Below, piece after piece: positions 17,199 to 26,979 of a stretch of DNA of 64,000 nucleotides. Under the pieces are notes generated by a model. That model was not told the origin of the DNA. It did not search any database and saw nothing but the letters and a program-made list of their open reading frames with translations. The position numbers were made by a program, and so were the translations under genes. Origin of the DNA: Oscillospiraceae bacterium. Its GTDB lineage: Bacteria > Bacillota > Clostridia > Oscillospirales > Acutalibacteraceae. Position 1 is the first letter of the stretch; every line of letters starts with the position of its first letter. The stretch is from NCBI GenBank assembly GCA_015065445.1, contig SVQF01000001.1, positions 37,199 to 101,198 of the forward strand, read 5' to 3'.

Positions 17199-18785
17199 AT
17201 GATGAATACGGTTGATTATGCCTATACAAAAGGAAAAACAAAACTTAAGCTTTCCTTTTTAGGCTCGGGAGGAGAAGGTTCAGTTTATGAAATTGTTGGA
17301 TACCCTAACCGAGTTGCAAAGATCTATCATGACGAATCGAACTTTCAAAAAAAAGAACGGGAAGCCAAAATAAATGCCATGGTGGCAATCAGCCAAAACT
17401 TTAATTTTAAAAGTGCAAGCCTTTCTAACGATATAGCTTGGCCATTGGCTCCTCTCTATGATGTCAATGGAAATTTTATTGGTTTTGGAATGGATCGAAT
17501 TCCAGCTACAACCGAACTTGATGACTTATATGTTTATCCTACAAAAAACAATGCAACTGTAACAATTAAGGATCGAGTTACATGTTTAATTAGTCTTTGT
17601 GATGTTATTGAAAGACTGCATAAGATTGATCAGGTATTTGGAGACTTTAATCCAAATAATATCAAAATCAAATCCGATTGGACAGTGAGTTTTGTTGATG
17701 CTGACTCATACCATGTAAATAATAAAGGGAATGTGTACCGATGTGTTGTTTGTGCACCCGGATATGTAGCTCCAGAGGTGATACGTGCTTGTAAAGGCAC
17801 AACTTATGCACAGTGCAAGTATACAACGTTTACAAAAGAAACCGACCGTTTTGCACTTGCTATTCACATCTTTAGAATGCTGATGAACGGATGTCACCCG
17901 TTTACCTGCGAAAGACATGTAACGCGAGTCGGTTCAGCACCTGCACCTAAGTCAACTGACAAGAGGGTAGAAACTGGAGAAACTCCATTTTTCAAATCTG
18001 TTCCAAACTGTGTTGCACCTCAATATGCACCTGACATTAACTCACTTCCATTATATCTTAGAGATTTATTTAGAAAGGCGTTTATTGAGGGACATACTGA
18101 ACCATCTAAAAGACCTTCTGCTTCTGAATGGAAAAGAGCGTTAATTAAATACAATTCTGAATTAATTGAATGTAAGAGCAATCATTTGCACTTTTATTGG
18201 AAGGGAGACCATTCTTGTCCATATTGCGAAGCTGATCGCAGATACAATCAAAAAATCGGTCTCGTCCCTGCAAAGAGTATATCAAAAAAGACGATTATTA
18301 ATACAAACAACTGTACACAATCTTCAAAAAACAAAACCAATACTAATAGCACTTACAAATCAAAGAAGGTTGCATCAACTGCCACGGCTGTTTCATCTCG
18401 AACAAATCGCTTGAACTCGGGGCTTTTTTGGAGCATTACACTCACAATCACTATAATCATGCAGGTGTTATTAGGGCTGTATGCACTACCAGAAATCTAT
18501 AGTGAAGTATTTGATAATGAGACGATAGCAATAATTGGGGTTATAGGCAGTTTGGTGTCAGGCATAGTTGGTTCAATACTATTCAATTGTCTATGGGCCC
18601 CGGGTAAGTATAAAGGCTCGTATTCATGGTGGGAATATCTCTTATCAGTTTTAACTGCATTTGGGTTCACCGTTGGATTTGGTGTTGTTATGGGGTTAGT
18701 AATTCTTATCGCAATTGCCTTGTTTTATTTGTTGGTTGGTGCTGCAATCATTGCAATAATTATAGGCATACTTTCAGGAGGTTAA
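17199..18785 (+). CDS. Ser/Thr protein kinase with zinc ribbon and C-terminal multi-TM domain, TerY-P triad component
   Basis: Gly-loop GSGGEGSVYE, Lys in VAKIYH, catalytic GDFNPNNIKI, VDADS, and YVAPEV. CPYC follows, then an S/T/N-rich linker and about four TM helices. Confidence 0.8.
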   Translation: MMNTVDYAYTKGKTKLKLSFLGSGGEGSVYEIVGYPNRVAKIYHDESNFQKKEREAKINAMVAISQNFNFKSASLSNDIAWPLAPLYDVNGNFIGFGMDRIPATTELDDLYVYPTKNNATVTIKDRVTCLISLCDVIERLHKIDQVFGDFNPNNIKIKSDWTVSFVDADSYHVNNKGNVYRCVVCAPGYVAPEVIRACKGTTYAQCKYTTFTKETDRFALAIHIFRMLMNGCHPFTCERHVTRVGSAPAPKSTDKRVETGETPFFKSVPNCVAPQYAPDINSLPLYLRDLFRKAFIEGHTEPSKRPSASEWKRALIKYNSELIECKSNHLHFYWKGDHSCPYCEADRRYNQKIGLVPAKSISKKTIINTNNCTQSSKNKTNTNSTYKSKKVASTATAVSSRTNRLNSGLFWSITLTITIIMQVLLGLYALPEIYSEVFDNETIAIIGVIGSLVSGIVGSILFNCLWAPGKYKGSYSWWEYLLSVLTAFGFTVGFGVVMGLVILIAIALFYLLVGAAIIAIIIGILSGG

Positions 18786-18787
18786 AT

Positions 18788-19072
18788 ATGAAAGATAAGA
18801 TTATTAGAAAACTAATTAAAGATTTGGGATACTCTAATTCCGTTGCTAATAAAACTGCAGACGATTTGTGCAAATTAAAGTATCCCGATTTAAACGACGG
18901 ACTTAAGAATTGGCTTAATACGAATGCGCACACAATGATAATCGACGGAAAATATTCGACTCATATTCTCACAGAAAAATACAATATGACCTATCCTGCC
19001 GCTTTAATCTTTTTGGATTGGTACAGAACCGACCCAAAAACCGCCGCATCAGTGCTGAAAATGCGTATGTAA
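18788..19072 (+). CDS. Small hypothetical protein
   Basis: ATG lies 3 nt after the kinase stop and uses the AGGAGG inside the kinase 3' end. 94 aa. Confidence 0.45.
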   Translation: MKDKIIRKLIKDLGYSNSVANKTADDLCKLKYPDLNDGLKNWLNTNAHTMIIDGKYSTHILTEKYNMTYPAALIFLDWYRTDPKTAASVLKMRM

Positions 19073-19085
19073 AGGCGGTGATGAA

Positions 19086-19754
19086 GTGACCTATAAAGAA
19101 AGCCTTATGCTTATTGGAGATGAATGGGCAACATTAAGTGATGATAAAAAAATAGAAGTATTACAATCAATAGAAAATCACATGGCATTCGAATCGAACC
19201 GTATGTCTGTACCTGTGGAAGGCAAATTTCTTTATACTGGGACCGACGGAATAGTGTTAGGAGAATATGATCCTGGCAAAGGATGTATTTACGTTAACAC
19301 TTCTCAATTCGATTCAGAGTCTATGTATGGAAAGGATTCTTCGACCTTAGTTACAACGTGCCTGCACGAGGGTCGACACGCATATCAACACCAAGTTGCA
19401 AATGGAACAGTTGCACATGACAATCTAGAAGAAGCAGAAGTATGGCGGGAAAACTTAAATGGTGAAAATTATATATCGTTTGAAGACAATCCTAGAGGAT
19501 ACTTTGAACAGCCGGTGGAAGTAGACGCAAGAGACTTTGCAAGCAATCGTTATAATGAGCTGTTATCGGAGCGACAAGTAGAAATCGAACATCAAACGGA
19601 CTACCATTGTGCAAAAAATGTATTTGAAGAACAAATCAGCAATGCAGAAAACGGCGAATCAAATCTAGCAGCAGATTACCACCAGGTTGATGACCTTAAC
19701 AAGTCACAAGAATTATCTTCAGTTGCGAATACAGAGGAAACAATCCATCAGTAA
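19086..19754 (+). CDS. Putative zincin-like metallopeptidase (HExxH)
   Basis: CLHEGRHAYQH motif. GTG start. Confidence 0.45.
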   Translation: MTYKESLMLIGDEWATLSDDKKIEVLQSIENHMAFESNRMSVPVEGKFLYTGTDGIVLGEYDPGKGCIYVNTSQFDSESMYGKDSSTLVTTCLHEGRHAYQHQVANGTVAHDNLEEAEVWRENLNGENYISFEDNPRGYFEQPVEVDARDFASNRYNELLSERQVEIEHQTDYHCAKNVFEEQISNAENGESNLAADYHQVDDLNKSQELSSVANTEETIHQ

Positions 19755-19824
19755 GAATATGGAGATTCGATTCGCTATCCCGTATATAAACTTTAGATAA
19801 TTCCGATGAAAGGATTGAACCAAA

Positions 19825-21144
19825 ATGATTATTCGTAAAACAATGCTATATGGTAATTCCGTGAACGATAACGCTTTAACTGCACTTTGCTCTAAACCAC
19901 TAATTATTATCCCGGGTGTTACAAATGGGAAACAAACCTTTGTTGGATTCACTGAAGACACGCTCCATATGCATACTCTATTTATGGGCGGAACAGGTTC
20001 CGGAAAAACGAATACATTCTGTCATCTTATACCGCAGTTGCAAAGAAAAATGACAAACAATGATGTCATGTTGGTATTTGATTCTAAACAAGATTTTGAG
20101 CAATTTCACAGAGAAGATGATTATGTAATCAGCTATCGAGCTCAGAGTAAAGGTGAAAAAGAAACCTGGAACCTGTTTCGTGATGTTATAGCAGACGGAT
20201 GGGAAAAAGAAAGTATCATTATGAATGCAGATGAAATAGCGGACGTTATTTTTTCAAAGGCAATAAACGAGAGTTCCCAACCGTTCTTTCCAAGAGCCGC
20301 AAAAGATATCTTTGCCGCAATCATTAAGGGAATGTGTTTCATTGGAATCACCGACAAAGATTACAGAATTAATTATATGAATAACAAAGCTCTAATTAAG
20401 TATCTTACAGCTTTAAATGCAGAAAAACTGCATGCATTTTTAACAAATATACCAGAACTTGCAGGTGTGCTTAAGTATATAGGTAATGGAAAATCAGAGC
20501 AAGCCCTTGGAGTATTTGCGGAACTCCAATCTGTAGTTGGACACATCTTTACAAGAAATTTTGCTGAAGATGGTCGTTTTTCAATAAGGAAAACGGTTCA
20601 ACAAAAAAATGGTCGTACGCTATTTATAGAATATGATCCTTCAAGAGGAGTGTCTTTGCGCCCAATATATCAGTTGCTTGTTGACCTGTTTTTAAAAGAA
20701 GCCTTAACTCCAAAAGACGGTACAAAAGGTAATGTATTCGTTATTTGTGATGAACTGAAAATGCTTCCCTTTCTTAATCATCTTGAAGATGCACTAAATT
20801 TTGGTAGATCGCTTGGGGTTTCAGTTATTGCCGGCATTCAGAGTATGGAACAATTATATGAAGTATATGGAGAATACGGTGGCAAAAACATTGCTTCCGC
20901 GTTTCAGACGGTATTTTGTTTTCATACAAATGACGTTGCTTCTCGGCAGTACATAAAAGGAATGTTTGGAGAAAACAAATCGGTTATTCAATATATGACG
21001 CCTTCTGGAAAAACCATTGAAGAACAACACAGTGGATATAGTGTTGAAGATTGGGATATAACGAACCTAAATAAAGGAGAGGCCATAGTCGGCATGCCAT
21101 ATCAATTGCCATTTAAGATTAAAATAAAAAAATATGGAGGATAG
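19825..21144 (+). CDS. Soluble TraD/VirD4-like P-loop NTPase, paralogue 2
   Basis: Walker A GGTGSGKT, Walker B VFVICDELKML, and SVIAGIQSMEQL. No TM helix. Confidence 0.75.
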   Translation: MIIRKTMLYGNSVNDNALTALCSKPLIIIPGVTNGKQTFVGFTEDTLHMHTLFMGGTGSGKTNTFCHLIPQLQRKMTNNDVMLVFDSKQDFEQFHREDDYVISYRAQSKGEKETWNLFRDVIADGWEKESIIMNADEIADVIFSKAINESSQPFFPRAAKDIFAAIIKGMCFIGITDKDYRINYMNNKALIKYLTALNAEKLHAFLTNIPELAGVLKYIGNGKSEQALGVFAELQSVVGHIFTRNFAEDGRFSIRKTVQQKNGRTLFIEYDPSRGVSLRPIYQLLVDLFLKEALTPKDGTKGNVFVICDELKMLPFLNHLEDALNFGRSLGVSVIAGIQSMEQLYEVYGEYGGKNIASAFQTVFCFHTNDVASRQYIKGMFGENKSVIQYMTPSGKTIEEQHSGYSVEDWDITNLNKGEAIVGMPYQLPFKIKIKKYGG

Positions 21145-21149
21145 GAAAA

Positions 21150-22427
21150 ATGGGTGGAAAAGTCAACACTGTTTTGTCATTGGTCGCTGCACTAATAGAC
21201 CGTTCCAATCGTAAAAAAGCGAGAAAAAGAATAAACTTGCTAAACGAACAAAACCGAAACATTCAAATGCTTGGAAGCTCAACTACAGAACATATTATCC
21301 CTAGTAATTACCAAATGGGTAATATAAGCATTTCCGGAGGTACTACAGATATTCGAAATGCATTAATAATTCAAAATTGCAAGCAAAGCGTATCATTGGG
21401 GGTTCCAACAATAATAATACATGAAGGCAACTATCTTTTAGAACAACTATTGCAATCTACATTTTCAAATCATCGATATTTGAGAATAATTAACCCTAAT
21501 AACCCATATTATGAGCCGCTCTTTAGATTAAGCGACATGGAGATTGGTCATTTCATATCTGATTCTTCCTTAAAAGAACACAAAATCGGATCAAATGGTG
21601 CATTATATGTAAGTGCACTCTCGACTATTCTTCGCAAAAAGGGTATAACACCATACACCAGAATGTTTGCAAACTGTCCCCATGGTTCTATTAACAATTT
21701 AATTGTAAATATGGAAAACTCTGGTATCATATCCGCAAATGAAGCTGATAAATTAAGAAACGAAGTATTGTTGGGAATAAAAGAGCAAGCTGAAGTTGAG
21801 TATTTTTTTCAACAAACAGAACTTGAATCTCCTATTTTAGCATGGAAAAGCAATCTTTCAAAATGCACTTCCGTTTCTGAATGCATTTTGAGGAACGGAA
21901 TCATGTCTTTAGATATTTCCAGTTGTGGAAACCAGAATCAATTATCGTTAATATCTACTGAAATTAATAATTGTAAAAGAACAGGAACACAATTTAGAAT
22001 AATTGTTGATGCGGTATCATTTTATGGAAATGACAAATTAATTCAAGTTCTAAAAAACACGTCGGGTTCAGCCTCATGGACTATTTCATCTCCAGACATT
22101 GACTGTATGCTTGGAAATACTCCGGGAGAACTTGCCACTTGGTTGGCTTTGTCACACAGAGCAATACTGTTTTCACATGGAATTAAAACATGTGAATTAT
22201 TATCTGCTGAATTAGGAGAATATGAACATATAGATGTAGTTGAGTCGCATGCAGGAAACAATAATATCGGAAGGATTGGCTATCATTATGGTGCTAATTC
22301 TAGTTTTAGCACATCTGAAAAAAGGAAACGAGTTATTAAACCTGAAGAAATCGAATCTCTTGAAAGCAACGAATTCATTATGCTAGATAATTATACAGCG
22401 ACAATTAGCAAAGGGACATTGGTTTAA
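21150..22427 (+). CDS. Hypothetical protein, possibly a P-loop-degenerate paralogue of the preceding NTPase
   Basis: By eye, SGGTTDIRNALIIQN..PTIIIHEGNYLLEQL aligns with GSGKTNTFCHLIPQL..VMLVFDSKQDFEQF of the 19825 protein, and FRIIVDAVSF occupies the Walker B position. Confidence 0.5.
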   Translation: MGGKVNTVLSLVAALIDRSNRKKARKRINLLNEQNRNIQMLGSSTTEHIIPSNYQMGNISISGGTTDIRNALIIQNCKQSVSLGVPTIIIHEGNYLLEQLLQSTFSNHRYLRIINPNNPYYEPLFRLSDMEIGHFISDSSLKEHKIGSNGALYVSALSTILRKKGITPYTRMFANCPHGSINNLIVNMENSGIISANEADKLRNEVLLGIKEQAEVEYFFQQTELESPILAWKSNLSKCTSVSECILRNGIMSLDISSCGNQNQLSLISTEINNCKRTGTQFRIIVDAVSFYGNDKLIQVLKNTSGSASWTISSPDIDCMLGNTPGELATWLALSHRAILFSHGIKTCELLSAELGEYEHIDVVESHAGNNNIGRIGYHYGANSSFSTSEKRKRVIKPEEIESLESNEFIMLDNYTATISKGTLV

Positions 22428-22428
22428 A

Positions 22429-23463
22429 ATGGAGACAATGAAAGACTTTAATAATAGTTTGGCTGGCTACATTGCAAAAAACCAATACAGATACTACTAC
22501 ACCACTCTCTCAGTCAAAATGCAAAATGCTTATAGTATTTTGCTTGATGGATATTTGAAGCACAAAAGAGATATCAAGGTTAATGTAGGTAATATCGAAG
22601 ACGCTTGGTTAGTTCATAGAGCGCTTTGTTATGATGTTCCAGAATTGTTTTTTATCAAATCAATCAAGGCAGCTTTTAATCCAGTAAACACAACGGTTAC
22701 TGTCTACCCGGAATACCGTTTCGATTATGAGACTTGTATTAGCATTATTAAGAACATGGAACAACAAACAAAGCCTTTAATAAAAAAAATATCAATGTTT
22801 TCAGAACAAGAGAAGGTTAAGGCAATACACGATTACATAGTAGAAACAGTTACATATAAAGATTTAGACGCTCCATATAGTCATGAAGCTCCAGGAGCTA
22901 TTCTATATGGCATTGCAGTATGCGAAGGGATTTCGAAAGCATTCAAGTTTTTAGCAGATAGAGCAAATATCAACTCCATAGTCCTTATCGGAGAAGCAGT
23001 AGACGGAGGAACTTATCGTACGGCAAACGAATCTGGTCATGCTTGGAATATTGCAGTTATAAATTCCGTATCTTATCACATTGATGTAACCTTTGATTAC
23101 TCACTTTCAAAAGGAAAAACTATCCGTTACGATTATTATCTTTTATCCGATAATCAAATACAAAATGATCATAAATTTAAACCTACTTTTAATTGTCGTT
23201 GCGATTACGAACACTATATATCAAACGGACACTACGCAGATAGCAGAAAAAAACTTCAACATCTTGTAAAAAATGAACTAAAAGTAGGAGGAAAACCACT
23301 TGTAATCAAAGTTCCAAATGTTTTTGAAAGCGAAAAACAAGCATCCGAATTATTATTGCAAATCGTCGTATCTGCAATTCCCATGTCATATAAACTAAAG
23401 TCTACAGTTTCTTTATCGTACAACTGGATGCGAATGATTTATCAAATCGAATTAAGCTGCTAA
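22429..23463 (+). CDS. Transglutaminase-like cysteine protease-fold protein
   Basis: Cys in GIAVCEGISKAF, His in GHAWNIAV and Asp in HIDVTFD, which together make the Cys-His-Asp triad arrangement. Confidence 0.8.
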   Translation: METMKDFNNSLAGYIAKNQYRYYYTTLSVKMQNAYSILLDGYLKHKRDIKVNVGNIEDAWLVHRALCYDVPELFFIKSIKAAFNPVNTTVTVYPEYRFDYETCISIIKNMEQQTKPLIKKISMFSEQEKVKAIHDYIVETVTYKDLDAPYSHEAPGAILYGIAVCEGISKAFKFLADRANINSIVLIGEAVDGGTYRTANESGHAWNIAVINSVSYHIDVTFDYSLSKGKTIRYDYYLLSDNQIQNDHKFKPTFNCRCDYEHYISNGHYADSRKKLQHLVKNELKVGGKPLVIKVPNVFESEKQASELLLQIVVSAIPMSYKLKSTVSLSYNWMRMIYQIELSC

Positions 23464-23530
23464 AAACATCTCTAATTAATGAAACAATAAATAGCGTTAA
23501 ACAATTTAAAGGTTAATTGCTGTGCTAATT

Positions 23531-23583
23531 AAAATCCCGATTCATGATTTATCGATGATGCGATAACAGAATCGGGATTTTTG
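23531..23583 (+). terminator. Intrinsic terminator closing the 13.2-23.5 kb gene array
   Basis: aaatcccgattc / gaatcgggattt form a 12-bp stem followed by TTTTT. Confidence 0.65.
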
Positions 23584-23685
23584 ATGTCCTAAAAGCCCTG
23601 AAACGGGTGCAACAATAAAAACCTCTTGGAGAAAAATAGTGTTACTGCGTATTTATAAATAACAACTCAGAAAAGGGTGATAAAA

Positions 23686-23871
23686 ATGAAAACTATTCAA
23701 GATTACGATTTTTCCTGCGTAGCAAATCACAGAGCTGAAAACATCGAACAAATGCCTCACTCACTACTAATTGCTTCTGAAAAGAAAATCTATGTTCCCG
23801 AAAATAGAATTATTCTGTTGGACCAAATGAGTGAACAAGAATCTCAAATTATAAACAGAATAGTATTTTAA
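23686..23871 (+). CDS. Small hypothetical protein (61 aa)
   Basis: ORF with a weak ribosome-binding site, isolated in a 550-bp spacer. Confidence 0.3.
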   Translation: MKTIQDYDFSCVANHRAENIEQMPHSLLIASEKKIYVPENRIILLDQMSEQESQIINRIVF

Positions 23872-24020
23872 TTGACTAATAATGCTGAAATTAATATGCA
23901 CATTTTGACAAAATGGAGATTTTCTTGATGCTCCGTATATATAGATGAAGAGAATAATAGTTTTTCAAATCAAGGTTCAACTAAATTGCTCAATATTAAA
24001 ATACAAAAGGAGAAAACCAA

Positions 24021-24593
24021 ATGATTAGAGATCCAAACATTGTTGTTACACATAATGGAGAGGCACAAATGGTAACGCCGAGAGACAACCTCTATATTAA
24101 GAACCGAATGGTTTTTTTGACAGGAGAAATTGATCAAGATTTATCCTTATCAATTATTTCACAGTTATTATATTTAGATAATGAGTCAAATGAAGATATT
24201 GTGCTCGTTATCAATTCGGGCGGAGGCAGTATTAGTGATGGCTTTGCAATTCTTGATGTCATGAACAGTCTAGATTCTGATGTGGAAACAGTGTGTTCTG
24301 GAATGTGTGCAAGCATGGCAGCAATTTTACTTGCCGGTGGTACTAAAGGGAAGCGAAAGGCGTATAAAAACGCAGAGGTAATGATACATCAGCCACTTGG
24401 AGGTATTAAGGGTCAAGCAAGCGACATCGAGTTGACTGCAAAACATATCTTAAGCAGAAAAGATGCGCTTAACACCTTGCTTGCTGAAAGCTGTTGTAAA
24501 GAAAAAAACATTATTGCCACAGATACTGACAGAGATAACTGGATGACAGCAGCAGAAGCATTAGAGTATGGGCTAATTGATGAGATTATTTAA
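24021..24593 (+). CDS. clpP: ClpP-family serine protease, full catalytic triad
   Basis: GMCASMAA (Ser), MIHQPLGG (His) and TDRDNWM (Asp). 190 aa. Confidence 0.9.
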   Translation: MIRDPNIVVTHNGEAQMVTPRDNLYIKNRMVFLTGEIDQDLSLSIISQLLYLDNESNEDIVLVINSGGGSISDGFAILDVMNSLDSDVETVCSGMCASMAAILLAGGTKGKRKAYKNAEVMIHQPLGGIKGQASDIELTAKHILSRKDALNTLLAESCCKEKNIIATDTDRDNWMTAAEALEYGLIDEII

Positions 24594-24604
24594 GGAGGTA
24601 AACC

Positions 24605-25378
24605 ATGATTCGTGATATTAAGGAACCTGCAGGACTTGACTCTGTTAAATGCACCGTTAAAAACATCTGTAGCGAAGCCGCAAAATATAGATTCCGCCAT
24701 CCTGCAAGCATGATTATTTATCTTAATGAAAAGCAAGGGCGCAGCACCGTTGCTGAATATATCACAGATATGTTCTTTGTTCACAAGGTAATGGATTTTT
24801 CAATGTCCAGAAGTGAGTTTATTGAGCTTGATTTCAATGGAGAGTATAAACAATTCAATGACTGCATGAAACAAGTTAACGATGCAGCCGATTATACAAA
24901 CGATGACAAATATTCAAATGTTCTCGTTGAAACAGGCATCAACAACCTTTCTAAGCATCTCGGCGAACAGCACGTTGATGATTATTTAAATCATGTTGAA
25001 ACAATGTCTAAAACTGCTGTACTTGTGATTTTTGTTAGCGAAAACCCTAATTCAAAAGAAAGTCAGCTCATAGATAGAATTAAAGAAGTACTTCCTTTTG
25101 CCAATATAATCAAGCCACATGAATATAGTGTGGAAGATTATTGCAAAGTCATAAAGGAAAAACTTTGCGATTATGGCGTTATTGTTCCTAAAAACACACC
25201 GTTAAATGAGATCGTAAAGAAATCAATGAATAAAGATAAGTCTTTCAATATGAAAGATGCATGCTTAATTGCCGAGGAACTATTTCTTGGTTCAAAACTA
25301 GTAAATGGGAAACTGAAGGTTGATGTTTCAGCAATTAATTCGCCCAAAACAGACAGGGTAATAGGAGGAAAATCATGA
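24605..25378 (+). CDS. Hypothetical protein, module C
   Basis: 257-aa ORF with an AAGGAGG ribosome-binding site. Its stop overlaps the next start (ATGA). Confidence 0.6.
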   Translation: MIRDIKEPAGLDSVKCTVKNICSEAAKYRFRHPASMIIYLNEKQGRSTVAEYITDMFFVHKVMDFSMSRSEFIELDFNGEYKQFNDCMKQVNDAADYTNDDKYSNVLVETGINNLSKHLGEQHVDDYLNHVETMSKTAVLVIFVSENPNSKESQLIDRIKEVLPFANIIKPHEYSVEDYCKVIKEKLCDYGVIVPKNTPLNEIVKKSMNKDKSFNMKDACLIAEELFLGSKLVNGKLKVDVSAINSPKTDRVIGGKS

Positions 25379-26979
25379 GCAGATATGAAAGGTTCTCTGA
25401 AGAGAAAGAGCTAAATAAAAACTTTCCATTAGCGGGTAAAGGGGTAAGCGGATTACCCGTTTACTATGATAAGAAACGACAGCTACACTGTGATCCGGGA
25501 CCAGCGCATGCACTTATTACAGCTACAACTGGCTATGGTAAAACATATGGTGTATCATTATCAGCTATCATGAGATGTATTGAGGCAACTGAAAGCTTTG
25601 TTGTTATTGATTCAAAGAAAGATGCACTTAGGCACACATTTAATGCCGTTCCGGAAAATTATCAAAAATTTGTTTTCGATTTTAGCAAGCCTGCCGAATC
25701 TCCTGACAAGTGGAATCCGCTTGAATTAATTCGTGTTCAATTAACCTCATCCGATATTACAGAACAGGACCTTGGATACGAAAATCTTAATGCGTTCACA
25801 GTTGGCTTGCCCGATAAAGATAAGGATTCATTTTGGCCAAATAGTTCCACAGAATTATTAACTGGAACTGCAGAAGCGTTAATTGAATCATCAAACGATC
25901 CTCGCGAGGTTCACATGGGGAGTATTTGCAGAATTCTTAGGGACGGCAACGAAAGATTTGGCGGAAATATTCTTCTTAAAAGTTTTTATGACTCGTTGTC
26001 CGATGATTCACTTGCGAAGCAACATCTTGGTACTTTTGTGAATGCTCCAAATGATACTAGAAACTCTATCTATGCTGTAACTTCAACAGCTTTATCGGTG
26101 TTCACAAGAAGCAGAGGCTTATTGCAAATGATTTCTCAAGATACAATTGACATTGCTCACCTTGATAATAGCGAGTCTCCAGTTGCCATTTATATATGTT
26201 TACCTGATGAAAACAATGTACATGCGAAATTGGCGGGGTGTTTAATTCAACAATTATCGCAGCAATTTATTAAATTAGCTCGTTCTCAGCCTGATGGAAA
26301 GCTGAAAAATCGAATTAGCTTTATTTTAGAGGAATTAGGTTCTATTGGAGGTTCAATTCCAAATTTAGCAAACCTCATGACAGCCGGTCGCTCTCGAGGA
26401 ATAAGAATGGTCCTTATATTGCAGAGTTTATCTCAACTTGATGCTATCTATGGTGAATCTGCAGAAGCAATTAAAAACTGTATCGGTATTACATATAGTT
26501 TTTCAAACAACAACTTAGATACGCTTAAAGAATTCAGCGAAAAATGCGGTTATTGTAATGACAAAGATTTGTTAATAACTCCTACACAGCTTTCAGCAAT
26601 GCCTCCTCTACAGTGCCTTGTTATTCTTTACAACAGATATAAATTCATCAGTAAATTTGAATTCTTTACTGATGTCTATAAAGTGGAAGAATATACTCCG
26701 TCAGGTCAAGAAAGAGAAAAAATTGAAAAAGCAGTTAATTCAATTAAGTATTTCAATATTAAGGAGTATGTAAAAAAAGCAAGGGAGAGAGCGCAAGTGG
26801 AAGCAATAAGAAAGAATAACGAGTTAAATCCATTTGCACAGCCGCACAGTCTTCCCTCTTCTTGTCCTAGCGATCCAATAATGCCTGATGATATAGACAT
26901 AGAGGAGTTAGTGAAAAAAATAGATGAGGAAATCGCCAAAAGAGAAAGAGAAATTGAAAGTGAGAGAAATGATGAATAG
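25375..26979 (+). CDS. Soluble VirD4/TraG-family NTPase, paralogue 3
   Basis: Walker A ATTGYGKT, then WNPL, FILEELGSIG and TAGRSRGIRMVLILQSLSQLDAIYG. No TM anchor. The acidic C-terminal tail resembles that of the 9544 protein. Confidence 0.85.
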   Translation: MSRYERFSEEKELNKNFPLAGKGVSGLPVYYDKKRQLHCDPGPAHALITATTGYGKTYGVSLSAIMRCIEATESFVVIDSKKDALRHTFNAVPENYQKFVFDFSKPAESPDKWNPLELIRVQLTSSDITEQDLGYENLNAFTVGLPDKDKDSFWPNSSTELLTGTAEALIESSNDPREVHMGSICRILRDGNERFGGNILLKSFYDSLSDDSLAKQHLGTFVNAPNDTRNSIYAVTSTALSVFTRSRGLLQMISQDTIDIAHLDNSESPVAIYICLPDENNVHAKLAGCLIQQLSQQFIKLARSQPDGKLKNRISFILEELGSIGGSIPNLANLMTAGRSRGIRMVLILQSLSQLDAIYGESAEAIKNCIGITYSFSNNNLDTLKEFSEKCGYCNDKDLLITPTQLSAMPPLQCLVILYNRYKFISKFEFFTDVYKVEEYTPSGQEREKIEKAVNSIKYFNIKEYVKKARERAQVEAIRKNNELNPFAQPHSLPSSCPSDPIMPDDIDIEELVKKIDEEIAKREREIESERNDE

